64,000 bases of DNA from Propionibacteriales bacterium (GTDB lineage: Bacteria > Actinomycetota > Actinomycetes > Propionibacteriales > Nocardioidaceae). Shown in pieces: positions 56,952 through 64,000 of the stretch. Position numbers and translations under genes: made by a program. Each line of letters opens with the position of its first letter. Within the stretch, counting starts at the first letter, position 1. Where the stretch lies: the NCBI GenBank assembly GCA_038259225.1, contig JBBSPA010000009.1, positions 51-64,050 of the forward strand, read 5' to 3'. The notes beneath the pieces were generated by a model. The model did not search any database, had not been told where the DNA came from, and saw nothing but the letters and a program-made list of their open reading frames with translations.

Positions 56952-58811
56952 ATGACACGGACCGGCCTACGTTCGAGCAGAGTCACGGCAGCGGCAGCCG
57001 CGACCACCCTCCTGATGGGAGCCGCCCTCTGGGGTGCCACGACGACCGCTCAGGCGAAGTCGGCGCAGGCGGCTGACGACGCCACCTTCACGATCGGGAT
57101 GACGAACGAGGTCGACTCGTTCAACCCGTTCAACGGGATCGAGGCGGAGTCCTACGAAGCCTGGGCGCTGATGTACGACTACATGATCAGCTACTCGGCC
57201 AAGGACATGAGCCCCAAGCCGAGCCTTGCCACGTCCTGGGACACCAGCGCGGACGGCCTGACGTGGACCTTCCACATCCGCGAAGGCGTGAAGTGGTCCG
57301 ACGGCGAGCCGCTGACAGCCAAGGACATCGCCTACACCTACAACCGGATCCTCGACGGCGGCCCGGAGTCCGCGTCGTGGGGTTCCTACTTGATATCGGT
57401 CACCGACATCACGGCGCCGGATGACAAGACCGTGGTGCTGACGCTGAAGAAGCCGAACGCCACCCTTCCGCTGCTGCCCATGCCGATCGTTCCCGAGCAC
57501 ATCTGGAAGGACGTCTCCGAGAAGGACGTGAAGACGTACTCCAACGAGCCGAAGAGCGCGGACCAACCGGTCGTGGGCTCCGGCCCGTTCAAGCTCGTCG
57601 AGGGCAAGGCCGGTGGTTCGACGTACCGCTTCGTCCGCAACGACGGCTACTGGGGTGGCGAGCCCAAGGTCGGCGAGATCGACATGCGGGTCTTCAAGTC
57701 CGAGGACACCTTGGTGCAGTCGCTCAAGGCCGGTGACATCGACTTCGCGGAGGACATCAACGCCCTTCAGGTCAAGGCGCTGCAGGGTGAGCCGGGTATC
57801 ACCGCTCAGGAGGGCAGCTCACCCGGTTACGAAGAGCTCGCCTTCAACACCGGCTCGGTCGACCTGAAGACCGGCAAGCCGCTGGGCGATCCCAATCCCG
57901 CCGTGCTGAACAAGGACTTCCGCTTCGCGCTGACGTTCGCGATCGACCGCCAGAAGATCGTCGACAAGGCCTACCAGGGCGCTGGGCTCGCGGCGCAGAA
58001 CATCATCCCGCCGGCGTACAAGACGTACTACTGGACACCACCCAGCAAGGACACGTATGCCTACGACCCGGAGAAGTCCAAGCGGTTGCTCGACGAGGCA
58101 GGCTTCAAGGTGGGGGCGGACGGCTTCCGAACGATGCCGGACGGTAGCCCGATCGGGAAGCTCCGGCTCTACGCACGCTCCGACTCCGAGACGTCGGTCT
58201 CGACGATGGCCTTCTTCCAGGAGTGGCTCAAGGACGTCAACATCGACTCCAAGGTGTCGTCGTTCGAGAGCAGCAAGCTGACCAACATCATCCTCGACGG
58301 CGAGTTCGACGTCTTCGAGTGGGGTTGGTACGTCGAGCCCGACCCGGACTCCATGCTGAGCTACTTCACCTGCGCGCAGCGGGGAAACTGGTCGGACTCG
58401 TGGTACTGCAACCCGACCTACGACCGCCTCTACAAGGAGCAGAACGCCGCGACCGACGATGCGAAACGCGCCGACATCGTCAAGCAGATGCAGCAGATCC
58501 TGTACGACGACGCGCCCTACCTCAACACCGTCTACGACACGATCGGTGAGGCCTACCGCAGCGACCGGTGGGAGGGCTTCGTACCGCAGCCCGACCCCGG
58601 CGGCATCTTGCTCTTCCAGTACGGCCACGCCAACTACATCAACATGGCGCCGGCCGGAACCTCGGACGGGACGCCGGGTCAACCCCAGAGCAGCGACGAG
58701 GCCGGTAGTGGTCAGGTGATGATCATCCTGGTCGCGATCGTGGTTGCCGGTGCGGCCGTGGTCGGCGGGTGGCTGATGATGCGCAGACGCACTGCCGGCG
58801 ACCGGGAGTGA
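56952..58811 (+). CDS. ABC transporter substrate-binding protein, family 5 (peptide/nickel/opine type), with C-terminal TM anchor
   Basis: ATG at 56952 is preceded by AAGGGAG. The signal peptide reads AAAATTLLMGAALWGATTTAQA. An SBP_bac_5 body follows, and the C-terminus reads VMIILVAIVVAGAAVVGGWLMMRRR. Confidence 0.9.
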   Translation: MTRTGLRSSRVTAAAAATTLLMGAALWGATTTAQAKSAQAADDATFTIGMTNEVDSFNPFNGIEAESYEAWALMYDYMISYSAKDMSPKPSLATSWDTSADGLTWTFHIREGVKWSDGEPLTAKDIAYTYNRILDGGPESASWGSYLISVTDITAPDDKTVVLTLKKPNATLPLLPMPIVPEHIWKDVSEKDVKTYSNEPKSADQPVVGSGPFKLVEGKAGGSTYRFVRNDGYWGGEPKVGEIDMRVFKSEDTLVQSLKAGDIDFAEDINALQVKALQGEPGITAQEGSSPGYEELAFNTGSVDLKTGKPLGDPNPAVLNKDFRFALTFAIDRQKIVDKAYQGAGLAAQNIIPPAYKTYYWTPPSKDTYAYDPEKSKRLLDEAGFKVGADGFRTMPDGSPIGKLRLYARSDSETSVSTMAFFQEWLKDVNIDSKVSSFESSKLTNIILDGEFDVFEWGWYVEPDPDSMLSYFTCAQRGNWSDSWYCNPTYDRLYKEQNAATDDAKRADIVKQMQQILYDDAPYLNTVYDTIGEAYRSDRWEGFVPQPDPGGILLFQYGHANYINMAPAGTSDGTPGQPQSSDEAGSGQVMIILVAIVVAGAAVVGGWLMMRRRTAGDRE

Positions 58812-59881
58812 GCCACCCGGTCGACGTCGCGGCCTACCAGCCCGAATCGACGTCGTCAGCTCCGCCGGACGGCTCGGATCCGGCGTCCAGACCCAGCCGC
58901 GCAGCGAGCTGGCGCTGGTTCGGTCGCAAGGTCGCCGGCTCGACCGCCACCTTGGGCTTCATCGTGGTGGTGAACTTCTTCCTCTTCCGGGTGATCAACA
59001 AGCACCCGGAGCGGACGCTGGCCCGCGGCCGGGCGAAGACGCCGGAGCAGATCCAGGCGGTGATCGAGAAGTACGGCCTGGACAAGCCACTGCCCGAGCA
59101 GTTTTTCGTCTACCTGAAGAACATCGTCACGCTCGACTTCGGCGACTCCTACCAGTACAGCCAGTCGGTGCGTGGCCTGATGCTCGACCGGCTCTGGCCG
59201 ACCTTGGTGCTGGTCGGTACCTCGACGATCCTGTCGATCCTGATCGGCGTCTGGATCGGCACCATCGCCGCCTGGAACCGCGGCCGGACCTTCGACGGCG
59301 TCTCGACGACGAGCACGATCACCCTGTACTCCATGCCCGAGTGGTGGCTGGGCCTGATCTTGTTCCTCATCTTCTCGACCGGCTTCGCCGGGATGCCACG
59401 GATGTTCCCGCTCGGTGGGCTCAAGACGATCGGAACCGACGCCTGGTCCGTCAACGGCGTCGTCGACCAGGCGTGGCACCTGGTCCTTCCTGTCCTGACG
59501 CTCACGTTGGCCTACCTGGCGGAGTACTCCTTGATCATGCGATCGGCACTGCTGGACGAGATGGGCGAGGACTACCTGCAGACCGCACGAGCCAAGGGGC
59601 TCAACGACATCCTGGTACGCCGCCGGCACGCCACTCGCAACGCCTTGTTGCCTGTGGTCACGCTCGTCTCGCTCAACCTCGGGTTCATCGTCTCCGGCGC
59701 CATCACGATCGAGACCGTCTTCTCCATTCCCGGCCTCGGCCTGCTCACCACCGACGCGCTCCGGATCCCTGACATACCCATGCTCCAGGGTACGTTCTTC
59801 GTGTTCTCCGCCTCGGTGGTGATCGCCAACCTGATCTCCAACCTGTTGTACGGCTTCCTCGACCCACGGGTACGGATATGA
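58808..59881 (+). CDS. ABC transporter permease (DppB/OppB-like)
   Basis: GTG at 58808 overlaps the substrate-binding-protein stop (GTGA). There are six TM segments and the EAA-loop region (YLQTARAKGL). Confidence 0.8.
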   Translation: MSHPVDVAAYQPESTSSAPPDGSDPASRPSRAASWRWFGRKVAGSTATLGFIVVVNFFLFRVINKHPERTLARGRAKTPEQIQAVIEKYGLDKPLPEQFFVYLKNIVTLDFGDSYQYSQSVRGLMLDRLWPTLVLVGTSTILSILIGVWIGTIAAWNRGRTFDGVSTTSTITLYSMPEWWLGLILFLIFSTGFAGMPRMFPLGGLKTIGTDAWSVNGVVDQAWHLVLPVLTLTLAYLAEYSLIMRSALLDEMGEDYLQTARAKGLNDILVRRRHATRNALLPVVTLVSLNLGFIVSGAITIETVFSIPGLGLLTTDALRIPDIPMLQGTFFVFSASVVIANLISNLLYGFLDPRVRI

Positions 59882-60801
59882 GCGCCACGGAGAGCACCGG
59901 CTCGGTGCCGCTGTCGGCTCGTCAGGTCACCTGGCGGCGTCGCAAGTCCTCCGCCGGGCGGACCTGGAGAGAGTTCCGGCGGCACAAGAGCGGTGTGCTC
60001 GGCCTGATCGTGCTGGTCCTCTTCGCACTGATCGCGATCTTCGCCTCGGTGCTCGTGGATCCCGAGGGTCTGTCCAGGACGAAGGCACCGGGCCTGCCGT
60101 TGGAGAGCCCTTCCTCGACGTACCGGTTGGGTACCGACGAGTTCGGGCGGCCGATCCTCACGCTGCTGATCTACGGCGCCCGGGTCTCCTTGCTGGTCGG
60201 CCTTCTCGCCACGCTGATCTCGATGGTGCTGGGCACTCTGCTCGGCATCGCCTCCGGTTACTGGGGGGGTTGGCTGGGCGCCGTCCTGTTCCGGCTCACG
60301 GAGTGGTTCCTGGTCATCCCGTTCCTCCCACTGGCGCTGGTGCTGGCCACCCTGCTCGGGGGGTCGTTGTTCACCATCGCGTTCGTGATCGGCGTGACGA
60401 GCTGGCCGGGGACAGCCCTGCTGATCCGTGCCCAGACCCTCTCGATCATCTCCCGTCCCTACATGGAACGGGCTCGAGTGCTCGGGGCGGGCGACTGGCA
60501 CCAGATGTCGCGGCACATCCTGCCGAACGTGATGCCGATGGTCTTCGCCAACACCACCCTGACCGTGGCCGGCGCGATCTTGTCGGAGACGACCCTGTCG
60601 TTCCTCGGCTTCGGTGACCCGACCCGTATCTCGTGGGGCACCATGCTGGACTCCGCGTTCGGCAGCGGGGCGCTGACGTTGGGTGCCTGGTGGTTCCTGT
60701 TCCCGCCGGGAATCTGTGTTGTCCTCGTCGTGCTGTCCTTCACCCTGGTCGGGCAAGCGCTCGAGGAGATCTTCAACCCACGTCTGAGGCAGCGTCGATG
60801 A
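59878..60801 (+). CDS. ABC transporter permease (DppC/OppC-like)
   Basis: The 307-aa ORF overlaps the upstream gene by ATGA. The EAA-loop reads YMERARVLGAG. Confidence 0.9.
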   Translation: MSATESTGSVPLSARQVTWRRRKSSAGRTWREFRRHKSGVLGLIVLVLFALIAIFASVLVDPEGLSRTKAPGLPLESPSSTYRLGTDEFGRPILTLLIYGARVSLLVGLLATLISMVLGTLLGIASGYWGGWLGAVLFRLTEWFLVIPFLPLALVLATLLGGSLFTIAFVIGVTSWPGTALLIRAQTLSIISRPYMERARVLGAGDWHQMSRHILPNVMPMVFANTTLTVAGAILSETTLSFLGFGDPTRISWGTMLDSAFGSGALTLGAWWFLFPPGICVVLVVLSFTLVGQALEEIFNPRLRQRR

Positions 60802-61841
60802 CCAGTCACGACGATTCCGCCTCCACGACGTTGCTCGAGATCAACGACCTCCATGTCAGCTACCCGACCGCCTCCGGGCCGTTGCCGGCCGTGCGGGGGG
60901 TCTCGCTGACCGTCGCGGCCGGAGAGAGCGTCGGGATCGCCGGCGAGTCCGGCTGCGGCAAGTCGACGTTGGCCTCGACCGTGCTGCGGTTGCAGCCCAA
61001 GGGTGCGAAGGTCACCGGCTCGGTCCTCCTCAACGGCCAGGACAGCCAGACGATCCCCTGGGGACAGCTGCGAATGCTGCGCTGGGCCGAGGCGGCGATG
61101 GTCTTCCAGGGGGCGTTGCACTCACTCAACCCGGTGCAGCGGATCGTGGACCAGATCGCGGAGCCGATCCGCTTGCACGACGACACCGTGAGCAAGGGCG
61201 ACGCGGCGACCCGAGTCGGTGAGCTGCTCGAGCAGGTGGGTCTCCCGGCCGGTCGCGGCGCGGCGTACCCACACCAGCTCTCGGGTGGGCAGAAGCAGCG
61301 GGTGATGATGGCCATGGCGCTGGCCTGTCGGCCGCAGCTGATCATCGCCGACGAGCCGACCACGGCGCTCGACGTCATGGTGCAGGCCCAGGTGCTCGGT
61401 GTCCTCACTGACCTGGTCCGCGACCTCGGGCTCGGACTGCTGCTGATCAGCCACGACCTGTCGGTGCTCGGGACGACCTGCGACCGCGTGCTGGTGATGT
61501 ACGCCGGCAAGGTGGTTGAGGAAGGGCCGGCAGCGAGCCTGTTCGACCACCCACTGCACCCCTACGGCGGTGCGCTGGCGGCGGCCTTCCCACGCGTAGG
61601 CGACCCGCTGGCGCGTTTCGCGCCGGTCGGCCTGCCAGGAGATCCGCCCGACCCGATCTCGCTACCAGGGGGGTGCGCGTTCCATCCGCGGTGCGCGCTG
61701 GCCACCGAGGAGTGCACCACCACGGACCCGGCCCTGGAGTCGGTCGACGCGGATCGTCGGGTGGCGTGCCTGCACGCCGACGAGGGCCGCGACATGAAGC
61801 TGTTGCTGGCACAGCGCCGCACCGAGCAGGCGGAGGTCTGA
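60798..61841 (+). CDS. ABC transporter ATP-binding protein (DppD/OppD-like)
   Basis: ATG at 60798 (ATGA overlap). It has Walker A (GESGCGKST), the signature LSGGQKQR, Walker B (IIADEPT) and a C-terminal oligopeptide-type Cys motif. Confidence 0.9.
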   Translation: MTSHDDSASTTLLEINDLHVSYPTASGPLPAVRGVSLTVAAGESVGIAGESGCGKSTLASTVLRLQPKGAKVTGSVLLNGQDSQTIPWGQLRMLRWAEAAMVFQGALHSLNPVQRIVDQIAEPIRLHDDTVSKGDAATRVGELLEQVGLPAGRGAAYPHQLSGGQKQRVMMAMALACRPQLIIADEPTTALDVMVQAQVLGVLTDLVRDLGLGLLLISHDLSVLGTTCDRVLVMYAGKVVEEGPAASLFDHPLHPYGGALAAAFPRVGDPLARFAPVGLPGDPPDPISLPGGCAFHPRCALATEECTTTDPALESVDADRRVACLHADEGRDMKLLLAQRRTEQAEV

Positions 61842-61843
61842 CG

Positions 61844-62845
61844 ATGACCGAGCTGATCGCCGCCCACGACCTCGAGGTGACCTTCCAGGGTCGTCACGGC
61901 CGGGCGGACGCGAAGGGCGTCGACGGAGTCGACCTGGGCGTCGCCCCCGGTGAGATCTTGGCTCTGGTCGGTGAGTCCGGGTGTGGCAAGACGACGCTGG
62001 CGCGGACGCTGCTCGGCCTCGAGCGACCCAGTGGAGGCGCGGTCTCGTACAGCGGCAGCACTCTCGGGTACGACCGCCGGTTCCTGCGGAGCTATCGCCG
62101 GAAGGTGCAGCTGATCCTCCAGGACCCGACCGGGGCTTTGAACCCTCGGCAGAGCGTCTACGAGTCGGTGGCCGAGGGCATCCGGATCCACAAGATGGTC
62201 CATGGCTACAAGAAGGCCGGCAAGCCGGTGACCGAGTCCGACCTGGTGGCGAAGGCGTTGTCCCAGGCCGGGTTGCGGCCTCCTGAACGGTTCTTCCTGA
62301 ACTACCCGCACGAGCTCTCCGGTGGCCAGCGGCAGCGCGTCGTCATCGCCGGGGCCCTGGCCGTCGAGCCGTCGATCCTGATCGCCGACGAGCCGGTGTC
62401 GTCGCTGGACGCGTCGATCCGCGGGGAGATCCTGGCACTGCTGCTGAAGCTGCGCGAGGAGCTCGGTCTGTCGGTGCTGGTGGTGACGCACGATCTCGGG
62501 CTGGCATGGAACATCGCCGACCGGATCGCGGTGATGTATCTGGGTCGGATCGTCGAGGTCGGCACCACGGAGCAGGTGCTGGCCACCCCGAAGCATCCGT
62601 ACACCCGGGCGCTGCTCTCGGTCGTTCCCGAGATCGAGCAGATCGATCCGATCGTGCTGGTGGGCGAGACGCCGGACCCGACCCGGGTGCCCGCCGGCTG
62701 CCGCTTCCACCCGCGCTGCCCGGCGCTTGCCCGCGGGCAGGCCGCGGAGGCGGGGATCGAGGAGGACTGCCGCCGAAAGCCGCTCCCGGTGCTGGCCTCC
62801 ACCGGTGACCACCGCGCCGCCTGTTGGCTCCCCGACCGCCTCTGA
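61844..62845 (+). CDS. ABC transporter ATP-binding protein (DppF/OppF-like)
   Basis: ATG at 61844. It has Walker A (GESGCGKTT), the signature LSGGQRQR and Walker B (LIADEPVS). Confidence 0.9.
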   Translation: MTELIAAHDLEVTFQGRHGRADAKGVDGVDLGVAPGEILALVGESGCGKTTLARTLLGLERPSGGAVSYSGSTLGYDRRFLRSYRRKVQLILQDPTGALNPRQSVYESVAEGIRIHKMVHGYKKAGKPVTESDLVAKALSQAGLRPPERFFLNYPHELSGGQRQRVVIAGALAVEPSILIADEPVSSLDASIRGEILALLLKLREELGLSVLVVTHDLGLAWNIADRIAVMYLGRIVEVGTTEQVLATPKHPYTRALLSVVPEIEQIDPIVLVGETPDPTRVPAGCRFHPRCPALARGQAAEAGIEEDCRRKPLPVLASTGDHRAACWLPDRL

Positions 62846-62916
62846 CCCCGACAGCTGGACGCCTCAAAAGTGTTCCCATCAACGGCTTCGATATGGGAGG
62901 CTTGGACTCGTCGCTA

Positions 62917-62932
62917 CTGACTCGCGAGTCAG
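62917..62932. promoter_or_regulatory. Palindromic operator candidate CTGACTCGCGAGTCAG (site 2)
   Basis: This is a perfect 16-bp palindrome 26 nt upstream of the Rieske oxygenase ATG. Confidence 0.6.
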
Positions 62933-62957
62933 GATAAAACCCGCTCGGAGGAGGGTC

Positions 62958-64000
62958 ATGGTCGTGCCGGACATCACCCACCAGGCCCTGACGGATGCGA
63001 CCCTCCTCACCGGACCCGCCGCCACAGCCTCGCCAACGACCTTGCAGCCGGCGCTCCCCAAGCAGATGTACGTCGACCCCGACCAGTTCGCCACGGAGCG
63101 CGAGCGGGTGCTCTTCGCGAGCTGGTTCTGCGCCGGCCGCGTGGACGACCTTGGCCTGGACCGGCCAGGCCGCCTCGCGGTGATCGACGTGGTCGGCGAG
63201 TCGATCCTGGTGACGAGCGACCGCGACGGTGTACTCCACGCGGCGTACAACGTATGTCGGCACCGCGGTTCCCAGATCGTCCCCGCCGACCCGGGCACGG
63301 CCCCGCCACCCTGCGAGGTCGGCGCGCTGCGATGCCCCTACCACTCGTGGACCTACGACCTCGACGGTCGTCTTCTCAAGGCCCCGCACACCGAGGACCT
63401 CCACGACTTCGAGCCGAGCCGCTTCAACCTGCACCAGGTCGCCGTCCGCAGGTGGGGCGGTTTCGTGTTCGTCCATCTCACGCCGGAGCGGCTCGACGAC
63501 TTCGACGCCGCGATGGCGGACTTCGACGAGCGACTGGCCCGCTATCCGCTGGACCGGCTCGCCACCGGGCTGAGCTTCACCTACGACGTGGCGGCCAACT
63601 ACAAGGTGCTGGCCGAGAACTACAACGAGTGCTACCACTGCGGTCCCGTCCATCCTGAGCTGACCCGGCTCGTCCCGTCGTTCAACGGTGGCGGCGCCGG
63701 CCTGGAGTGGGACGACGGCATCCCGCACCGCGACGGAGCCTGGACGTTCACGACGACCGGGACCACCAACCGGCGCCCGTTCCCCGAGCTGGACGAGGCA
63801 GAGCGCTCCCGCCACAAGGGTGAGCTGGTCTACCCCAACCTGTGGTTGTCGTGCGCAGCCGACCACGTCGCGGCCTTCGTGTCATGGCCACTCGACGTGG
63901 CGCGCACCCGGATCCGCTGTGACCTGCTGTTCGAACCCGAGGCCATCGCCGCCGCCGACTTCGACCCGCACGACGCCGGAGATCTCTGGCACCTGGTCAA
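62958..64000 (+). CDS. Rieske (2Fe-2S) aromatic-ring-hydroxylating oxygenase alpha subunit (GbcA/choline-monooxygenase-like), 3' end off window
   Basis: My own translation from ATG 62958 (ribosome-binding site GGAGGAGGG) reads MVVPDITHQ... The Rieske motif is CRHRG...CPYHSW and the mononuclear-iron region is ENYNECYHCGPVHPE. There is no stop before 64000, so it is absent from the track. Confidence 0.85.
   Translation, partial: MVVPDITHQALTDATLLTGPAATASPTTLQPALPKQMYVDPDQFATERERVLFASWFCAGRVDDLGLDRPGRLAVIDVVGESILVTSDRDGVLHAAYNVCRHRGSQIVPADPGTAPPPCEVGALRCPYHSWTYDLDGRLLKAPHTEDLHDFEPSRFNLHQVAVRRWGGFVFVHLTPERLDDFDAAMADFDERLARYPLDRLATGLSFTYDVAANYKVLAENYNECYHCGPVHPELTRLVPSFNGGGAGLEWDDGIPHRDGAWTFTTTGTTNRRPFPELDEAERSRHKGELVYPNLWLSCAADHVAAFVSWPLDVARTRIRCDLLFEPEAIAAADFDPHDAGDLWHLV

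Overview
This is a very GC-rich (roughly 70% by eye, not computed) actinobacterial chromosomal segment, densely coding on both strands. I call 52 protein-coding genes (two run off the window edges), one short candidate ORF and one decayed pseudogene. I found no rRNA, tRNA, CRISPR array, transposase or integrase. The gene order echoes the Mycobacterium tuberculosis Rv0861c-Rv0889c neighbourhood (XPB/ercc3 plus partner, cspB-like, DUF3027, MFS, serC, citA). That suggests conserved backbone rather than an island. The taxon may be Nocardioides/Propionibacteriales-like, but that is not provable from the sequence alone.

Main blocks:
- 1-9.1 kb: EamA/LysR pair, GH13 glucosidase, pdxH-citA-serC.
- 9.7-16.3 kb: a translationally coupled mini-ORF/methyltransferase/secreted-protein unit, a MarR-MFS-DinB operon and an NCS2 purine permease.
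- 16.5-28.3 kb: DUF2530/DUF3027/MFS/csp, a HAD-LarE fusion, a 1000-aa S8 subtilase, an acyl-CoA ligase and an ABC-2 exporter.
- 28.4-35.9 kb: a cluster of nucleic-acid motor genes (XPB partner, CGNR zinc finger, XPB, DnaB-C-only ATPase, HelD).
- 36-40 kb: scramblase homologue, HD protein, DUF4031-LD-carboxypeptidase fusion and cutC.
- 40.3-49.3 kb: a complete form-II CODH-like molybdoenzyme cluster (coxG-M-L-S, xdhC, VWA/coxE, MoxR/coxD, mocA).
- 49.7-64 kb: M20 deacylase, GGT, GNAT, AlaX, oligopeptidase B, a 5-gene Dpp/Opp-type ABC importer and a Rieske oxygenase.

The least explained signal is non-coding:
- Three families of intergenic hairpin or direct repeats. One composite palindrome occurs four times, always at gene 3' ends.
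- Short tandem duplications that start at or span stop codons.
- A roughly 280-nt promoter-to-terminator unit with no ORF in front of the M20 gene (candidate sRNA or riboswitch leader).
- A 16-bp perfect palindrome shared by the ABC-importer promoter region and the Rieske oxygenase upstream region.

I see no clear novel multi-gene system such as a defence island. The helicase cluster and the repeat families are the best candidates for follow-up.
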